From: Botryllus schlosseri
Lineage: Eukaryota
Length of the DNA stretch: 64,000 bases
NCBI GenBank assembly: GCA_051294905.1
Contig: CM119371.1
Span: forward strand, 18,168,001 to 18,232,000
Reading direction: 5' to 3'
Below, one piece after another: positions 63,598-64,000 of this stretch (the stretch's first letter is position 1; each line of letters begins with the position of its first letter). The translations under genes were made by a program, and so were the position numbers. Below the pieces are notes generated by a model. That model had not been told where the DNA came from and did no database searches. It was given only the letters and a program-made list of their open reading frames with translations.

Positions 63598-64000
63598 CAG
63601 GACAGTAACTGCCGCACCCCAAACCCCCAATTGGGGGGGCGAGCTCAAAGGGGGTTCCAAATTATTTCGCGAATTAGCATAAATTATTGGGTATTTTTCA
63701 AAAATTTATGCAACTTTTTCAAAAAATTTTCGCGCTGCGTGTGATTTCAAGTTGCCAACTTTCTTAGTTATTTGGTAGCCTACTCTTCCCTAAGACAAAA
63801 TACGCAAGATTTGTCGAAATGGACATATCGGCGAGACATTTAAAGTTTTAGAACATGTAACATGCGACTCCAAGAAGTGTGACAGAACGATCGGCAGCGA
63901 GAAAACCTGGGCCAAAAAGGACTGCCCGCTTACGCTGACCGAAAACTTCGTTATATATGCAAAATGCATATAGGTTTAATTTTCCATAGGCGCCTAAATG
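63598..64000. mobile_element. CAGG(A/G)CCGTAAC-family MITE, runs off the window
   Basis: Starts caggacagtaactgccgcacccc; colinear with the 2651 copy. Confidence 0.8.

Overview
AT-rich eukaryotic (metazoan) DNA. The receptor family below suggests an ascidian/tunicate, but this is an inference only. Host genes I can support: three paralogous 7TM (GPCR-like) orphan receptor ORFs on the minus strand with uninterrupted CDS (13809-14942, 22267-23388, 44675-45817), each in a segmentally duplicated cassette, and one intact tRNA-Glu(TTC) (62312-62383). Most of the rest is transposon-derived, often nested several levels deep: hAT-type MITEs with 8-bp TSDs, decayed Charlie/SPIN-like hAT transposases, a decayed Chapaev3-like element, a TA-flanked MITE family, a fold-back element, a solo LTR and two tRNA-derived SINEs. 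Most notable: (1) a duplicate tRNA-Glu gene split in its T-loop by a 5'-truncated L1/Tx1-like retroelement with a GGTTCG duplication (candidate tRNA-targeting LINE); (2) recurrent TA to TAGCCTA/TAGGCCTA micro-insertions, visible by comparing paralogous copies and resembling excision footprints of an unidentified GGC...GCC transposon; (3) a GC-rich hAT pseudogene of a subfamily I recall mainly from non-animal eukaryotes; (4) a splice acceptor conserved 41-43 nt upstream of all three receptor ATGs; (5) a 9-kb nested TE stack upstream of receptor 2. No CRISPR or prokaryotic features. Family assignments rest on motif recognition, not database searches.
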